Source: Centroscyllium fabricii
Lineage: Eukaryota
Assembly: GCA_051313645.2 (NCBI GenBank)
Contig: JBNRSN020000089.1
Location: 2,666,001 to 2,730,000, forward strand
DNA length: 64,000 nucleotides
Direction of reading: 5' to 3'
The translations under genes were made by a program, and so were the position numbers. Each line of letters starts with the position of its first letter. Position 1 is the stretch's first letter. This document shows, piece by piece, positions 26,901 through 43,097 of this stretch. Under the pieces are notes generated by a model that was given only the letters and a program-made list of their open reading frames with translations, searched no databases and was not told the origin of the DNA.

Positions 26901-29900
26901 TGTGTACAGTACATCAGAAAATGTCCATCTGTGAACAAATCATCACATCAGACAATATCCATCTGTGAACAATACATCAGAGAATATCCATCTGTGTACA
27001 ATACATCAGACAATATCCATCTGTATACAATACATCAGACATTATCCATCTGTTTACAATATATCAGATATTATCCATCTGTGTACAATGCATCAGACAA
27101 TATCCATCTGTGAACAATATTTCAGACAATGTCCATCTGTCTACAATACATCAGACAATGTCCGTCTGTGTACAATACATAAGACAATGACCATCTTGTG
27201 CACAATACATCAGACAATGTCCATCTGTGTACAATACATCAGACAACGTACATCTGTGAAAAATACATCAGAAAATATCAATCTGTGAACAATACATCAG
27301 ACAATATCCATCTGTGTACAATATATCAGACAATGTCCATCTGTACAATACATCAGACAATGTCCATTAGTTTACAATACATCAGACATTATCCATCTGT
27401 GTACAATACATCAGACAATGTCCATCGGTGAACAATAAATCAGACAATATCAATCATCTGTGAACAATACATCAGACAATATCCATCTGTGTACAATACA
27501 TCAGACAATATCCATCTGTGTACAATACCTCAGACAATTTCCATCTGTTTACAGTACATCAGAAAATGTCCATCTGTGTACAATACATCAGACAATATCC
27601 ATCTGTGTACAATACATCAGACAATGTCCATCTGTGAACAACACATCAGACAATGTCCATCTGTGTACAATGCATCAGACAATGTCCATATGTGTACTGT
27701 ACATCAGACAAAGTGCCTCTGTGTAAAGTACATCAGACAATGTCCTCCTGTATACAGTACATCAGACAATGTCCATCTGTGTAAAATACATCAGACACTG
27801 TCCACCTGTGTACAATACATCTGAAAATGTCCATCTGTGAACAATACATAAGACAATATCCATCTGTGTACAGTACATCAGACAATGTCCATCTGTGTAC
27901 AATGCATCAGAAAATGTTCATCTGTGAACAATACATAAGACATTATACATCTGTGTACAATACAGCAGACATTATCCATCTGTGAACAAAACCTCAGAAA
28001 ATGTAAATCTGTGAACACTACATAAGACATTATCTATCTGTGTACAATATATCAGACATTATCCATCTGTATACAATACATCAGACAAATGTCCATCTGT
28101 GTACAATACATCAGACAATATCCATCAGTGTACAATACATCAGACAATGTCCATCTGTGTACAATAGATCAGACAATATACATCTGTGAACAATATATCA
28201 GACAATGTCCATCTGTGCACAATACATAAGACATTATCAATCTGTGTACAATATATCAGATATTATCCATCTGTGTAAAATACATCAGACAATATCCATC
28301 TGTGAATAATACATCAGAAAATGTCCATCTGTGTACAATACATCAGATATTATCCATCTGTGAATAACAGATCAGACAATATCCATCTGTGTACAATGCA
28401 TCAGACAATGTCCATCTGTGAACAATACATCAAACAATATCCATCTGTGTAGAAAACATCAGACATTGTCCATCTGTGTAGAATATATCATACAATATCC
28501 ATCTGTGTACAATACATCAGACATTGTCCCTCTGTGTACAATACATCAGACAATGTCCATCTGTGAACAATGCATCAGACAATGTCCATCTGTGTACAAT
28601 AAATCAGACAATGTCCCTCTGTGAACAATACATCAGACAATATCCATCTGTGTACAATACTTCATAGAATGTCCATCTGTGATCAATAAATCATAGAATG
28701 TCCATCTGTGAACAATACATCAGACAATGTCCATCTGTGTACAATACATCAGACATTGTCCATCTGTGTACAATACATCAGACGTTGTCCATTAGTTTAC
28801 AATACATCTGACAATATCCATCTGTTTACAATACATCAGACAATGTCCATCTGTGAACAACACATCAGACAATGTCCATCTGTGAACAATACATCAGCGA
28901 ATGCCCATCTGTGTACAATACATCAGACAATATCCATCTTTGTACAATACATCAGACAATATCCATCTTTGAACAATACATCAGACAATGTCCATCTGTG
29001 TACAATCCATCAGAAAATGTCCATCTGTGAACAATCCATAAGACAAAATCCATCTGTGTACAGTACATCAGACAATGTCCATCTGTGTACAATACATCAG
29101 ACAATGGCAATCTGTGAACAAAACATCAGACAATATCCATCTCTGAACAATACATCAGAGAATATCCATCTGTGTACAATATATCAGACAATATCCATCT
29201 GTGTACAATACATCAGACATTATCCATCTGTATACAATACATCAGACATTATCCATCTGTGTACAATACATCAGACAATATTCGTCTGGGAACAATACAT
29301 CAGACAATGTCCATCTGTGTACAATACATCAGACAATGTCCGTCTGTGTACAATACATAAGACAATGAGCATCTTGTGTACAATACATCAGACAATGTCC
29401 ATCTGTGTACAAAACATCAGACAACGTCCATCTGTGAACAATACATCAGACAATATCCATCTGTGAACAATACATCAGACAATGTCCATCTGTGTACAAT
29501 ACATCAGACAATGTCCATCTGTGAACAAAACATCAGACCACATCCATCTCTGAAAAATACATCAGAGAATGTCCATCTGTGTACAATACATCAGACATTA
29601 TCCATCTGTATACAATATATCAGACAATAACCATCTGTGAACAATACATCAGACAATGTCCATCTGTGGACAATACATCAGACAATGTCCATCTGTGTAC
29701 AATACATAAGACAATGTCCATCTTGTGTACAATGCAACAGACAATGTCCATTTGTGTACAATACATCAGACAAGGTCCATCATTGAACAATACATCAGAC
29801 AATATCCATCTGTGAACAATACATCAGACAATATCCATCTGTGTACAATACATCAGACAATGTCCATCTGTGTACAATACATCAGACATTGTCCTTCTGT

Positions 29901-30500
29901 GTACAATACATCAGACAATATCCAACAGTGTACAATATATCAGACAATGTCCATCTGTGAACAATACATCAGATAATGTCCATCTGTGTGCAATACATCA
30001 GATAATGTCCATCTGTGTACAATACATCAGACAATATCCATCTGTGAACAATACATCAGATTATGTCCATCTGTGTACAATACATCAGAAAATGTCCATC
30101 TGTGAACAATCCATAAGACAATATCCATCTGTGTACAGTACATCAGACAATCTGTGACATTACATCAGATAATGTCCATCTGTGTACAATACATCAGACA
30201 TTGTCCATCTGTGTACAATACATCAGACAATATCCATCTGTGTACAATATATCAGACAATGTCCATCTTTGAACAATACATCAGACAATATCCATCTGTG
30301 AACAATACATCAGACAATATCCATCTGTGTACAATGCAACAGACAATGTCCATCTGTGTACAATACATCAGACAATGTCCATCTTTGAACAATACATCAG
30401 ACAATATCCATCTGTGAACAATACATCAGACAATATCCATCTGTGTACAATACATCAGACAATGTCCATCTGTGTACAATACATCAGACCTTGTCCTTCT

Positions 30501-30826
30501 GTGGCATAGTGGTTAGCACATTTGCCTCACAGCGCCAGGGATCCGGGTTCAAATCCAGCCTCAGGTGACTATCTGTGTGGAGTTTGCACATTCCCTCCGT
30601 GTCTGCGTGGGTTTCATCCGGGTGCTCCGGTTTCCTCCCACAGTCCAAAGATGTGCGTGTTACGTTGATTGGCCAGGATAAATTGACCCTTAGTTTTAGT
30701 GGGAATTAGGGGATTAGGCGGATTAAATATGTGGGGTTACGGGGATAGGGTGGGATATGTGTCGGTGCAGGCTCGATGGACCGAAATGGCCTCTATCTGC
30801 ACTGTAGTGATTCTATGATTCTATGA
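30501..30826 (+). mobile_element. HE1-type tRNA-derived V-SINE, variant A
   Basis: A box TGGCATAGTGG (30502-30512), B box GGTTCAAATCC (30546-30556), V-domain GTGTGGAGTTTGCAC...CCACAGTCCAAAGATGTGC, CR1-like 3' end with (ATTCTATG)2 tail. Confidence 0.95.
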
Positions 30827-32920
30827 ATGTCCATCTGTGTACAATACATCAGATAATGTCCATCTGTGATCAAAATATCAGACAATATCCATCTCTGAAA
30901 AATACATCAGAGAATGTCCATCTGTGAACAATACATCAGACATTATCCATCTGTGTACAATACATCAGACATTATCCATCTGTGAACAATACATCAGAAA
31001 ATGTCCACCTGTGGACAATACATCAGACAATGTCCATCTGTGTAGAATACATAAGACAATGTCCATCATGTGTACAATACATCAGATAGTGTCCATCTGT
31101 GTACAATACATCAGACAATGTCCAATTTTGAACAATACAGCAGACAATATCCATCTACGGACAATACATCAGACAATATCCATCTGTATACAATACATCA
31201 GACAATGTCCATCTGTACAATACATCAGAAAATGTCCATCTGTGTACAATACATCAGAAATTATCCATCTGTGTATAATACATCAGACAATGTCCATCTG
31301 TGAACAATAAATCAGACAATATCCATCTGTGAACAACACATCAGACAATGTCCATCTGTGTACAATACATCAGACAATATCCATCTGTGTACAATATATC
31401 AGACAATATCAATCTGTGTACAGTATATCAGAAAAATGTCCATCTGTGTACAATACATCAGACAATATCCATCTGTGTACAATACATCAGACAATGTCCA
31501 TCTGTGAACAATACATCAGATAATGTCCATCTGTGTACAATACATCAGACAATATCCATCTGTGTACAGTACATCAGACAATGTCACCTGTGTACAGTAT
31601 ATCAGATATTATCCATCTGTGAACAATACATCAGACAACATCCATCTGTGAACAATACATCAGACAAATTTCCATCTGTGTACAATACATCAGACAATAT
31701 CCATCAGTGTACAATAAATCAGACAATGTCCATCTGTGTACAATACATCAGACAAATGTCCAACTGCGTACAATACATCAGACAATATCCATCAGTGTAC
31801 AATACATCAGACAATGTCAAACTGTGTACAATACATAAGACGTTATCTATCTGTGTACAATACATCAGATATTATCCATCTGTGAACAATACATCAGACA
31901 ATATCCATCTCTGTACAATACATCAGACAAATGTCCATCTGTGTACAATACATCAGACAATATCCATCAGTGTACAATACATCAGACAATGTCCATCTGT
32001 GTACAATACATCAGACAATATCCATCTGTGAACAATATATCAGAAAATGTCCATCTGTGCACAACACATAAGACATTATCAATCTGTGTACAATACATCT
32101 GACATTAACCATCTGTGTAAAATACATCAGACAATATCCATCTGTGAATAATACATCAGAAAATGTCCATCAGTGTACAATACATCAGACATTATCCATC
32201 TGTGAATAACACATCAGACAATATCCGTCTGTGTACAATGCATCAGACAATGTCAATCTGTGAACAATACATCAGACAATATCCATCTGTTTAGAAAACA
32301 TCAGACATTGTCCTTCTGTGTACAATACATCAGACAATATACAACTGTGTACAATATATCAGACAATGTCCATCTGTGAACAATACATCAGATAATGTCC
32401 ATCTGTGTACAATACATCAGACAATGTCCATCTGTGTACAATACATCAGACAATATCCATCTGTGAACAATACATCAGATTATGTCCATCTGTGTACAAT
32501 ACATCAGAAAATTTCCATCTGTGAACAATCCATAAGACAATATCCATCTGTGTACAGTACATCAGAAAATCTGTGAGCAATACATCAGATAATGTCCATC
32601 TGTGTACAATACATCAGACAATGTCCATCTGGGTACAATACATCAGACAATATCCATCTGTGTACAATACATCAGACAATGTCCATCTTTGAACAATATA
32701 TCAGACAATATCCATCTGTGAACAATACATCAGACAATATCCATCTGTGTACAATGCAACAGACAATGTCCATTTGTGTACAATACATCAGACAATGTCC
32801 ATCTTTGAACAATACATCAGACAATATCCATCTGTGAACATCACATCAGACAATATCCATCTGTGTACAATACATCAGACAATGTCCATCTGTGTACAAT
32901 ACATCAGACCTTATCCTTCT

Positions 32921-33246
32921 GTGGCATAGTGGTTAGCACTGTTGCCTCACTGTGCCAGGGACCCGGGTTCAAATCCAGCCTCAGGTGACTATCTGTGTGG
33001 AGTTTGCACATTCTCTCCGTGTCTGCGTGGGTTTCCTCCGGGTGCTCCGGTTTCCTTCCACAGTCCAAAGATGTGCGGGATAGGTTGATTGGCCAGGATA
33101 AATTGACCCTTAGTGTTAGGGGGAATTAGGGGATTAGGCGGATTAAATATGTGGGGTTACGGGGATAGGGTGGGATATGTGTCGGTGCAGGCTCGATGGG
33201 CCGAAATGGCCTCTATCTGCACTGTAGTGATTCTATGATTCTATGA
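32921..33246 (+). mobile_element. HE1-type V-SINE, variant B
   Basis: Same element and junctions as 30501, 2420 bp downstream. Diagnostic CACTGTGCC, CCTTCCAC and ATGGGCCG. Confidence 0.95.
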
Positions 33247-36200
33247 ATGTCCATCTGTGTACAATACATCAGATAATGTCCATCTGTGATCAAAATATCA
33301 GACAATATCCATCTCTGAAAAATACATCAGAGAATGTCCATCTGTGTACAATACATCAGACATTATCCATCTGTGTACAATACATCAGACAATATCCATC
33401 TGTGAACAGTACATCAGACAATGTCCACCTGTGGACAATACATCAGACAATGTCCATCTGTGTAGAATACATAAGACAATGTCCATCTTGTGTACAATAC
33501 ATCAGATAGTGTCCATCTGTGTACAATGCATCAGACCATGTCCAATTTTGAACAATACATCAGACAATATCCATCTACGGACAATACATCAGACAATATC
33601 CATCTGTGTACAATACATCAGACAATGTCCATCTGTACAATACATCAGAAAATGTCCATCTGTGTACAATACATCAGACATTATCCATCTGTGTATAATA
33701 CATCAGACAATGTCCATCTGTGAACAATAAATCAGACAATATTCATCTGTGAACAACACATCAGACAATGTCCATCTGTGTACAATACATCAGACAATAT
33801 CCATCTGTGTACAATACATCAGACAATATCAATCTGAGTACAGTATATCAGAAAAATGTCCATCTGTGTACAATACATCAGACAATATCCATCTGTGTAC
33901 AATACATCAGACAGTGTCCATCTGTGAACAATACATCAGATAATGTCCATCTGTGTACAGTACATCAGACAATGTCACCTGTGTACAGTATATCAGATAT
34001 TATCCATCTGTGAAAAATACATCAGACAACATCCATCTGTGTACAATACATCAGACAAATGTCCATCTGTGTACAATACATCAGACAATATCCATCAGTG
34101 TACAATAAATCAGACAATGTCCATCTGTGTACAATACATCAGACAAATGTCCAACTGCGTACAATAAATCAGACAATATCCATCAGTGTACAATACATCA
34201 GACAATGTCAAACTGTGTACAATACATAAGACGTTATCTATCTGTGTACAATACATCAGATATTATCCATCTGTGAACAATACATCAGACAATATCCATC
34301 TGTGTACAATACATCAGACAAATGACCATCTGAGTACAATACATCAGACAATATCCATCAGTGTACAATACATCAGACAATGTCCATCTGTGTACAATAC
34401 ATCAGACAATATCCATCTCTGAACAATATATCAGAAAATGTCCATTTGTGCACAATACATAAGACATTATCAATCTGTGTACAATACATCAGACATTATC
34501 AATCTGTGTAAAATACATCAGACAATATCCATCTGTGAATAATACATCAGAAAATGTCCATCAGTATACAATACATCAGACATTATCCATCTGTGAATAA
34601 CACATCAGACAATATCCGTCTGTGTACAATGCATCAGACAATGTCAATCTGTGAACAATACATCAGACAATATCCATCTGTTTAGAAAACATCAGACATT
34701 GTCCATCTGTGTACAATACATCAGACATTATCCATCTGTGAACAATACATCAGACATTGACCGTCTGTGTACAATACATCAGACAATGTCCATCTGCGAA
34801 CAATACATCAGACAATGTCCATCTGTGTACAATAAATCAGACAATGTCCATCTGTGTACAATACATCAGACAATGTCCATCTGTGTACAGTACATCAGAC
34901 AATGTCACCTGTGTACAGTACATCAGATATTATCCATCTGTGAACAATACATCAGACAATATCCATCTGTGTACAATACATCAGACAAATGTCCATCTGT
35001 GTACAATACATCAGAAAATATCCATAAGTGTACAATACATCAGACAATTTCCATCTGTGTACAATACATCATACAAATGTCCATCTGTGTACAATACATC
35101 AGACAATATCCATCAGTGTACAATCCATCAGACAATTTCCATCTGTGTACAATATATCAGACAATATCCATCTGTGAACAATATATCAGAAAATGTCCTT
35201 CTGTGCACAATAGATAAGACATTATCAATCTGTGTACAATACATCAGACATTATCCATCTGTGTAAAATATATCAGAAAATATCCATCTGCGAATAATAC
35301 ATCAGAAAATGTCCATCTGTGCACAATACATCAGACATTATCCATTTGTGAATAACACATCAGACATTATCCATCTGTGCACAATGCATCAGACAATGTC
35401 CATCTGTGAACAATACATCAGACAATATCCATCTGTGTAGAAAACATCAGACATTGTCCATCTGTGTTCAATACATCAGACATTATCCATCTGTGTACAA
35501 CACATCAGACATTGTCCGTCTGTGTACAATACATCAGACAATGTCCATCTGTGAACAATACATCAGACAATGTCCATCTGTGTACAATAAATCAGACAAT
35601 GTCCATCTGTGAACAATACATCAGACAATATCCATCTGTGTACAATACATCAGAGAATGTGCATCTATGAACAATAAATCAGACAATGTCCATCTGTGAA
35701 CAATACATCAGACAATGTCCATCTGTGTACAATACTTCAGACAATGTCCATCTGTGTACAATACATAAGACAATGTCCATCTTGTGTACAATACATCAGA
35801 CAATGTCCATCTGTGTACAATACATCAGACAATGTCCATCTTTGAACAATACATCAGACAATATCCAACTGTGAACAATACATCAGACAATATCCATCTG
35901 TGTAAAATACATCAGACAATGTCCAACTGTACAATACATCAGACAATGTCCAACTGTGTACAATACATCAGACATTATCCATCTGTGTACAATACATCAG
36001 ACAATGTCCATCTGTGAACAATAAATCATACAATATCCATCTGTGAACAACACATCAGACAATGTCCATCTGTGTACAATATATCAGACAATATCCATCT
36101 GTGTACAATACATCAGACATTATCCATCTGTATACAATACATCAGATAATGTCAATCTGTGTACAATACATCAGACAATGTTCATCTGTGTACAGTACAT

Positions 36201-39200
36201 CAGACAATGTCACCTGTGTACAGTACATCAGATATTATCCATCTGTGTACAATACATCAGAAAATATCCATAAGTGTACAATACATCAGACAATTTCCAT
36301 CTGTGTACAATACATCAGAGAAATGTCCATCTGTGTACAATACATCAGACAATATCCATCAGTGTACAATCCATCAGACAATGTCCATCTGTGTACAATA
36401 CATCAGACAATATCCATCTGTGAACAATATATCAGAAAATGTCCATCTGTGCACAATATATAAGACATTATCAATCTGTGTACAATACATCAGACATTAT
36501 CCATCTGTGTAAAATATATCAGACAATATCCATCTGCGAATAATACATCAGAAAATGTCCATCTGTGCACAATACATCAGACATTATCCATCTGTGAATA
36601 ACACATCAGACATTATCCATCTGTGCACAATGCATCAGACAATGTCCATCTGTGAACAATACGTCAGACAATATCCATCTGTGTAGAAAACATCAGACAT
36701 TGTCCATCTGTGTACAATACATCAGACATTATCCATCTGTGTACAACACATCAGACATTGTCCGTCTGTGTACAATACATCAGACAATGTCCATCTGTGA
36801 ACAATACATCAGACAATGTCCATCTTTGTACAATAAATCAGACAATGTCCATCTGTGAACAATACATCAGACAATATCCATCTGTGTACAATACATCAGA
36901 GAATGTCCATCTGTGAACAATAAATCAGACAATGTCCATCTGTGAACAATACATCAGACAATGTCCATCTGTGTACAATACTTGAGACATTGTCCATCTG
37001 TGTACAATACATAAGACAATGTCCATCTTGTGTACAATACATCAGACAATGTCCATCTGTGTACAATACATCAGACAGTGTCCATCTTTGAACAATACAT
37101 CAGACAATATCCATCTGTGAACAATACATCAGACAATATCCATCTGTGTAAAATACATCAGACAATGTCCAACTGTACAATACATCAGACAATGTCCAAC
37201 TGTGTACAATACATCAGACATTATCCATCTGTGTACAATACATCAGACAATGTCCATCTGTGAACAATAAATCAGACAATATCCATCTGTGAACAACACA
37301 TCAGACAATGTCCATCTGTGTACAATATATCAGACAATATCCATCTGTGTACAATACATCAGACAATATCCATCTGTGTACAGTATATCAGACAATGTCC
37401 ATCTGTGTACAATAAATCAGACAATATCCATCTGTGTACAATACGTCAGACAATGTCCATCTGTGAACAATAATTCAGATAATGTCCATCAGTGTACAAT
37501 ACATCAGACAATGTCCATCTGTGTACAGTACATCAGACAATGTCACCTGTGTACAGTACATCAGATATTATAGATCTGTGAATAATACATCAGACAATAT
37601 CCATCTGTGTACAATACATCAGACAAATGTCCATCTGTGTACAATACATCAGAAATTATCCATAAGTTTTCAATACATCAGACAATTTCCATCTGTGTAC
37701 AATACATCAGACAAATGTCCATCTGTGTACAATACATCAGACAATATCCATCAGTGTACAATACATCAGACAAAGTCCATCTGTGTACAATACATCAGAC
37801 AATATCCATCTGTGAACAATATATCAGAAAATGTCAATCTCTGCACAATATATAAGACATTATTAATCTGTGTACAATACATTAGACATTATCCATCTGT
37901 GTAAAATATATCTGACAATATCCATCTGCGAATAGTACATCAGAAAATGTCCATCTGTCTACAATACATCAGATATTATCCATCTGTGAATAACACATCA
38001 TACATTATCCATCTGTGCACAATGCATCAGACAATGTCCATCTGTGAACAATATATCAGACAATATCCATCTGTGTAGAAAACATCAGACATTGTCCATC
38101 TGTGTACAATATATCAGACATTATCCATCTGTGTACAACACATCAGACATTGTCCTTCTGTGTACAATACATCAGACAATGTCCATCTGTGAACAATACA
38201 TCAGACAATGTCCATCTGTGTACAATAAATCAGACAATGTCCATCTGTGAAAAATACATCAGACAATATCCATCTGTGTACAATATATCAGAGAATGTCC
38301 ATCTGTGAACAATAAATCGGAAAATGTCCATCTGTGAACAATACATCAGACAATGTCCATCTGCGTACAATACTTCAGACATTGTCCATCTGTGTACAAT
38401 ACATCAGACATTGTCCATCTGTGTACAATACATCTGACAATATCCATCTGTGTACAATACATCAGACAATGTCCATCTGTGAACAATACATCAGACAATG
38501 TCCATCTGTGAACAATACATCAGCCAATGCCCATCTGTGTACAATACATCAGACAATGTCCATCTGTGTACAATACATCAGACAATATCCATCTTTGGAC
38601 AATACATCAGACAATGTCCATCTGTGTACAATACATCTGCGAATGTCCATCTGTGAACAATCCATAAGACAAAATCCATCTGTGTACAGTACATCAGACA
38701 ATGTCCATCTGTGTACAATACATCATACAATGTCCATTTGTGAACAAAACATCTGACAATATCCATCTCTGAACAATACATCAGAGAATATCCATCTGTG
38801 TACAATATATCAGACAATATCCATCTTTGTACAATACATCAGACATTATCCATCTGTATACAATACATCAGATATTATCCATCTGTGTACAATACATCAG
38901 ACAATATCCATCTGTGAACAATATATCAGACAATGTCCATCTGTCTACAATATATCAGACAATGTCCGTCTGTGTACAATACATAAGACAATGACCATCT
39001 ATTGTACAATACATCAGACAATGTCCTTTTGTGTACAATACATCAGTAAACGTACATCTGTGAACAATACATCAGACAATATCAATCTGTGAACAATACA
39101 TCAGACAATATCCATCTGTGTACAATACATCAGACAATGCCCATCTGTGAACAGTACATCAGACAATGTCCATTAGTGTACAATACATCAGACATTATCC

Positions 39201-42200
39201 GTCTGTGTACAATACATCAGACAATGTCAATCTGTGAACAATAAATCAGACAATATCAAACATCTGTGAACAATACATCAGACAATATCCATCTGTGTAC
39301 AATACATCAGACAATGTCCATCTGTGTACAATACATCAGACAATTTCCACCTGTTTACAGTACATCAGTGAATGTCCATCTGTGTACAATACATCAGACA
39401 ATATCCATCTGTGTACAATACATCAGACAATGTCCATCTGTGAACAACACATCAGACAATGTCCATCTGTGTACAAAACATCAGACAATGTCCATCTGTG
39501 TACAGTACATCAGACAATGTGCATCTGTGTAAAGTACATCAGACAATGTCCTTCTGTATACAGTACGTCAGACCATGTCCATCTGTGTACAATACATCAG
39601 ACACTGTCCACCTGTGTAGAATACATCAGAAAATGTCCATCTGTGAACAATACATAAGACAGTATCCATCTGTGTACAGTACATCAGTCAATGTCCATCT
39701 GTGTACAATGCATCAGAAAATGTCCATCTGTGAACAATACATAAGATATTTTACATCTGTGTACAATACATCAGACAATATCCATCTGTGTACAATACAT
39801 CAGACAATGTCCATCTGTGAACAATATATCAGACAATGTCCATCTGTGAACAATACATCAGCCAATGCCGATCTGTGTACAATACATCAGACAATGTCCA
39901 TCTGTGTACAATTAATCAGAAAATATCCATCTTTGAACAATACATCAGACTATGTCCATCTGTGTACAATACATCAGAAAATGTCCATCTGTGAACAATC
40001 CATAAGACAAAATGCATCTGTGTACAGTACATCAGACAATGTCCATCTGTGTACAATACATCAGACAATGTCCATCTGTGAACAAAACATCAGACAATAT
40101 CCATCTCTGAACAATACATCAGAGAATATCCATCTGTGTACAATACATCAGACACTAACCATCTGTGTACAATACATCAGACATTATCAATCTGTATACA
40201 ATACATCAGACATTATCCATCTGTGTACAATACATCAGAAAATATCCATCTGTGAACAAAACATCAGACAATGTCCGTCTGTGTACAATACATAAGACAA
40301 TGACCATCATGTGTACAATACATCAGACAATGTCCATCTGTGTACAATATATCAGACAACGTCCATCTGTGAACAATACATCAGACAATATCCATCTGTG
40401 ATCAATACATCAGACAATATCCACCTTGTACAATACATCAGACAATGTCCATCTGTACAATACATCAGACAATGTCCATTAGTGTACAATATATCAGACA
40501 TTATCCATCTGTGTACAATACATCAGACAATTTCCATCTGTGAACAATAAATCAGACAATATCAATCATCTGTGAACAATACATCAGACAATATCCATCT
40601 GTGTACAATACATCAGACAATATCCATCTGTTTACAGTACATCAGACAATATCCATCTGTTTACAGTACATCAGAAAATGTCCATCTGTGTACAGCACAT
40701 CAGACAATATCCATCTGTGTACAATAAATCAAACATTGTCCATCTGTGAACAACACATCAGACAATGTCCGTCTGTGTACAATACATCAGACAATGTCCA
40801 TCTGTGTACAGTACATCAGACAATGTGCATCTGTGTAAAGTACATCAGACAATGTCCTTCTGAATACAGTACATCAGACAATGTCCATCTGTGTACAATA
40901 CATCAGACACTGTCCACCTGTGTACAATACATCAGAAAATGTCCATCTGTGAACAATACATCAGACAATATCCATCTGTGTACATTACACCAGACAATGT
41001 CCATCTGTGTAAAATGAATCAGAAAATATCTATCTGTGAACAATACATAAGACATTATACATCTGTGTACAATACATCAGACATTATCCATCTGTGTACA
41101 ATACATCAGAAAATGTCTATCTGTGAACACTACATAAGACATTATCTATCTGTGTACAATACAACAGACATTATCCATCTGTATACAATACATCAGACAA
41201 ATGTCCTTATGTGTACAATACATCAGACAATATCCATCAGTGTACAATACATCAGACAATTTCCATCTGAGTACAATACATCAGACAATATCCATCTGTG
41301 AACAATTTATCAGAAAATGTCCATCTGTGCACAATACATAAGACATTATCAATCTGTGTACAATACATCAGACATTATCCATCAGTGTAGAATACATCAG
41401 ACAATATCCATCTGTGAATAATACATCAGAAAATGTGCATCTGTGTAAAACACATCAGACATTATCCATCTGTGAACAATATATCAGACAATATCCATCT
41501 GTGTACAATACAGCAGACAATATCCATCTGTGTACAATACATCAGACAATATCCGTCTGGGAACAATACATCAGACAATGTCCATCTGTGTACAATACAT
41601 CAGACAATGTCCGTCTGTGTACAATACATAAGACAATGAGCATCTTGTGTACAATACATCAGACAATGTCCATCTGTGTACAATACATCAGACAACGTCC
41701 ATCTGTGAACAATACATCAGACAATATCCATCTGTGAACAATACATCAGACAATGTCCATCTGTGTACAATACATCAGACAATGTCCATCTGTGAACAAA
41801 ACATCAGACCACATCCATCTCTGAAAAATACATCAGAGAATGTCCATCTGTGTACAATACATCAGACATTATCCATCTGTATACAATATATCAGACAATA
41901 ACCATCTGTGAACAATACATCAGACAATGTCCATCTGTGGACAATACATCAGACAATGTCCATCTGTGTACAATACATAAGACAATGTCCATCTTGTGTA
42001 CAATGCAACAGACAATGTCCATTTGTGTACAATACATCAGACAAGGTCCATCATTGAACAATACATCAGACAATATCCATCTGTGAACAATACATCAGAC
42101 AATATCCATCTGTGTACAATACATCAGACAATGTCCATCTGTGTACAATACATCAGACATTGTCCTTCTGTGTGCAATACATCAGACAATATCCAACAGT

Positions 42201-42771
42201 GTACAATATATCAGACAATGTCCATCTGTGAACAATACATCAGATAATGTCCATCTGTGTACAATACATCAGACAATTTCCATCTGTGTACAATACATCA
42301 GACAATATCCATCTGTGAACAATACATCAGATTATGTCCATCTGTGTACAATACATCAGAAAATGTCCATCTGTGAACAATCCATAAGACAATATCCATC
42401 TGTGTACAGTACATCAGACAATCTGTGACAATACATCAGATAATGTCCATCTGTGTACAATACATCAGACATTGTCCATCTGTGTACAATACATCAGACA
42501 ATATCCATCTGTGTACAATACATCAGACAATGTCCATCTTTGAACAATAAATCAGACAATATCCATCTGTGAACAATACATCAGACAATATCCATCTGTG
42601 TACAATGCAACAGACAATGTCCATCTGTGTACAATACATCAGACAATGTCCATCTTTGAACAATACATCAGACAATATCCATCTGTGAACAATACATCAG
42701 ACAATATCCATCTGTGTACAATACATCAGACAATGTCCATCTGTGTACAATACATCAGACCTTGTCCTTCT

Positions 42772-43097
42772 GTGGCATATTGGTTAGCACTTTTGCCTCA
42801 CAGCGCCAGGGACCCGGGTTCAAATCCAGCCTCAGGTGACTATCTGTGTGGAGTTTGCACATTCTCTCCGTGTCTGCGTGGGTTTCATCCGGGTGCTCCG
42901 GTTTCCTCCCACAGTCCAAAGATGTGCGGGTTATGTTGATTGGCCAGGATAAATTGACCCTTAGTGTTAGTAGGAATTAGGGGATTAGGCGGATTAAATA
43001 TGTGGGGTTACGGGGATAGGGTGGGATATGTGTCAGTGCAGGCTCGATGGACCGAATTGGCCTCTATCTGCACTGTAGTGATTCTATGATTCTATGA
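42772..43097 (+). mobile_element. HE1-type V-SINE, variant A
   Basis: Same junctions. A box mutated to TGGCATATTGG. Confidence 0.95.

Noticed and set aside
30501-30570. tRNA gene
   Set aside because: The A and B boxes belong to the tRNA-derived head of the SINE. There is no complete cloverleaf and the sequence continues into the V-domain.
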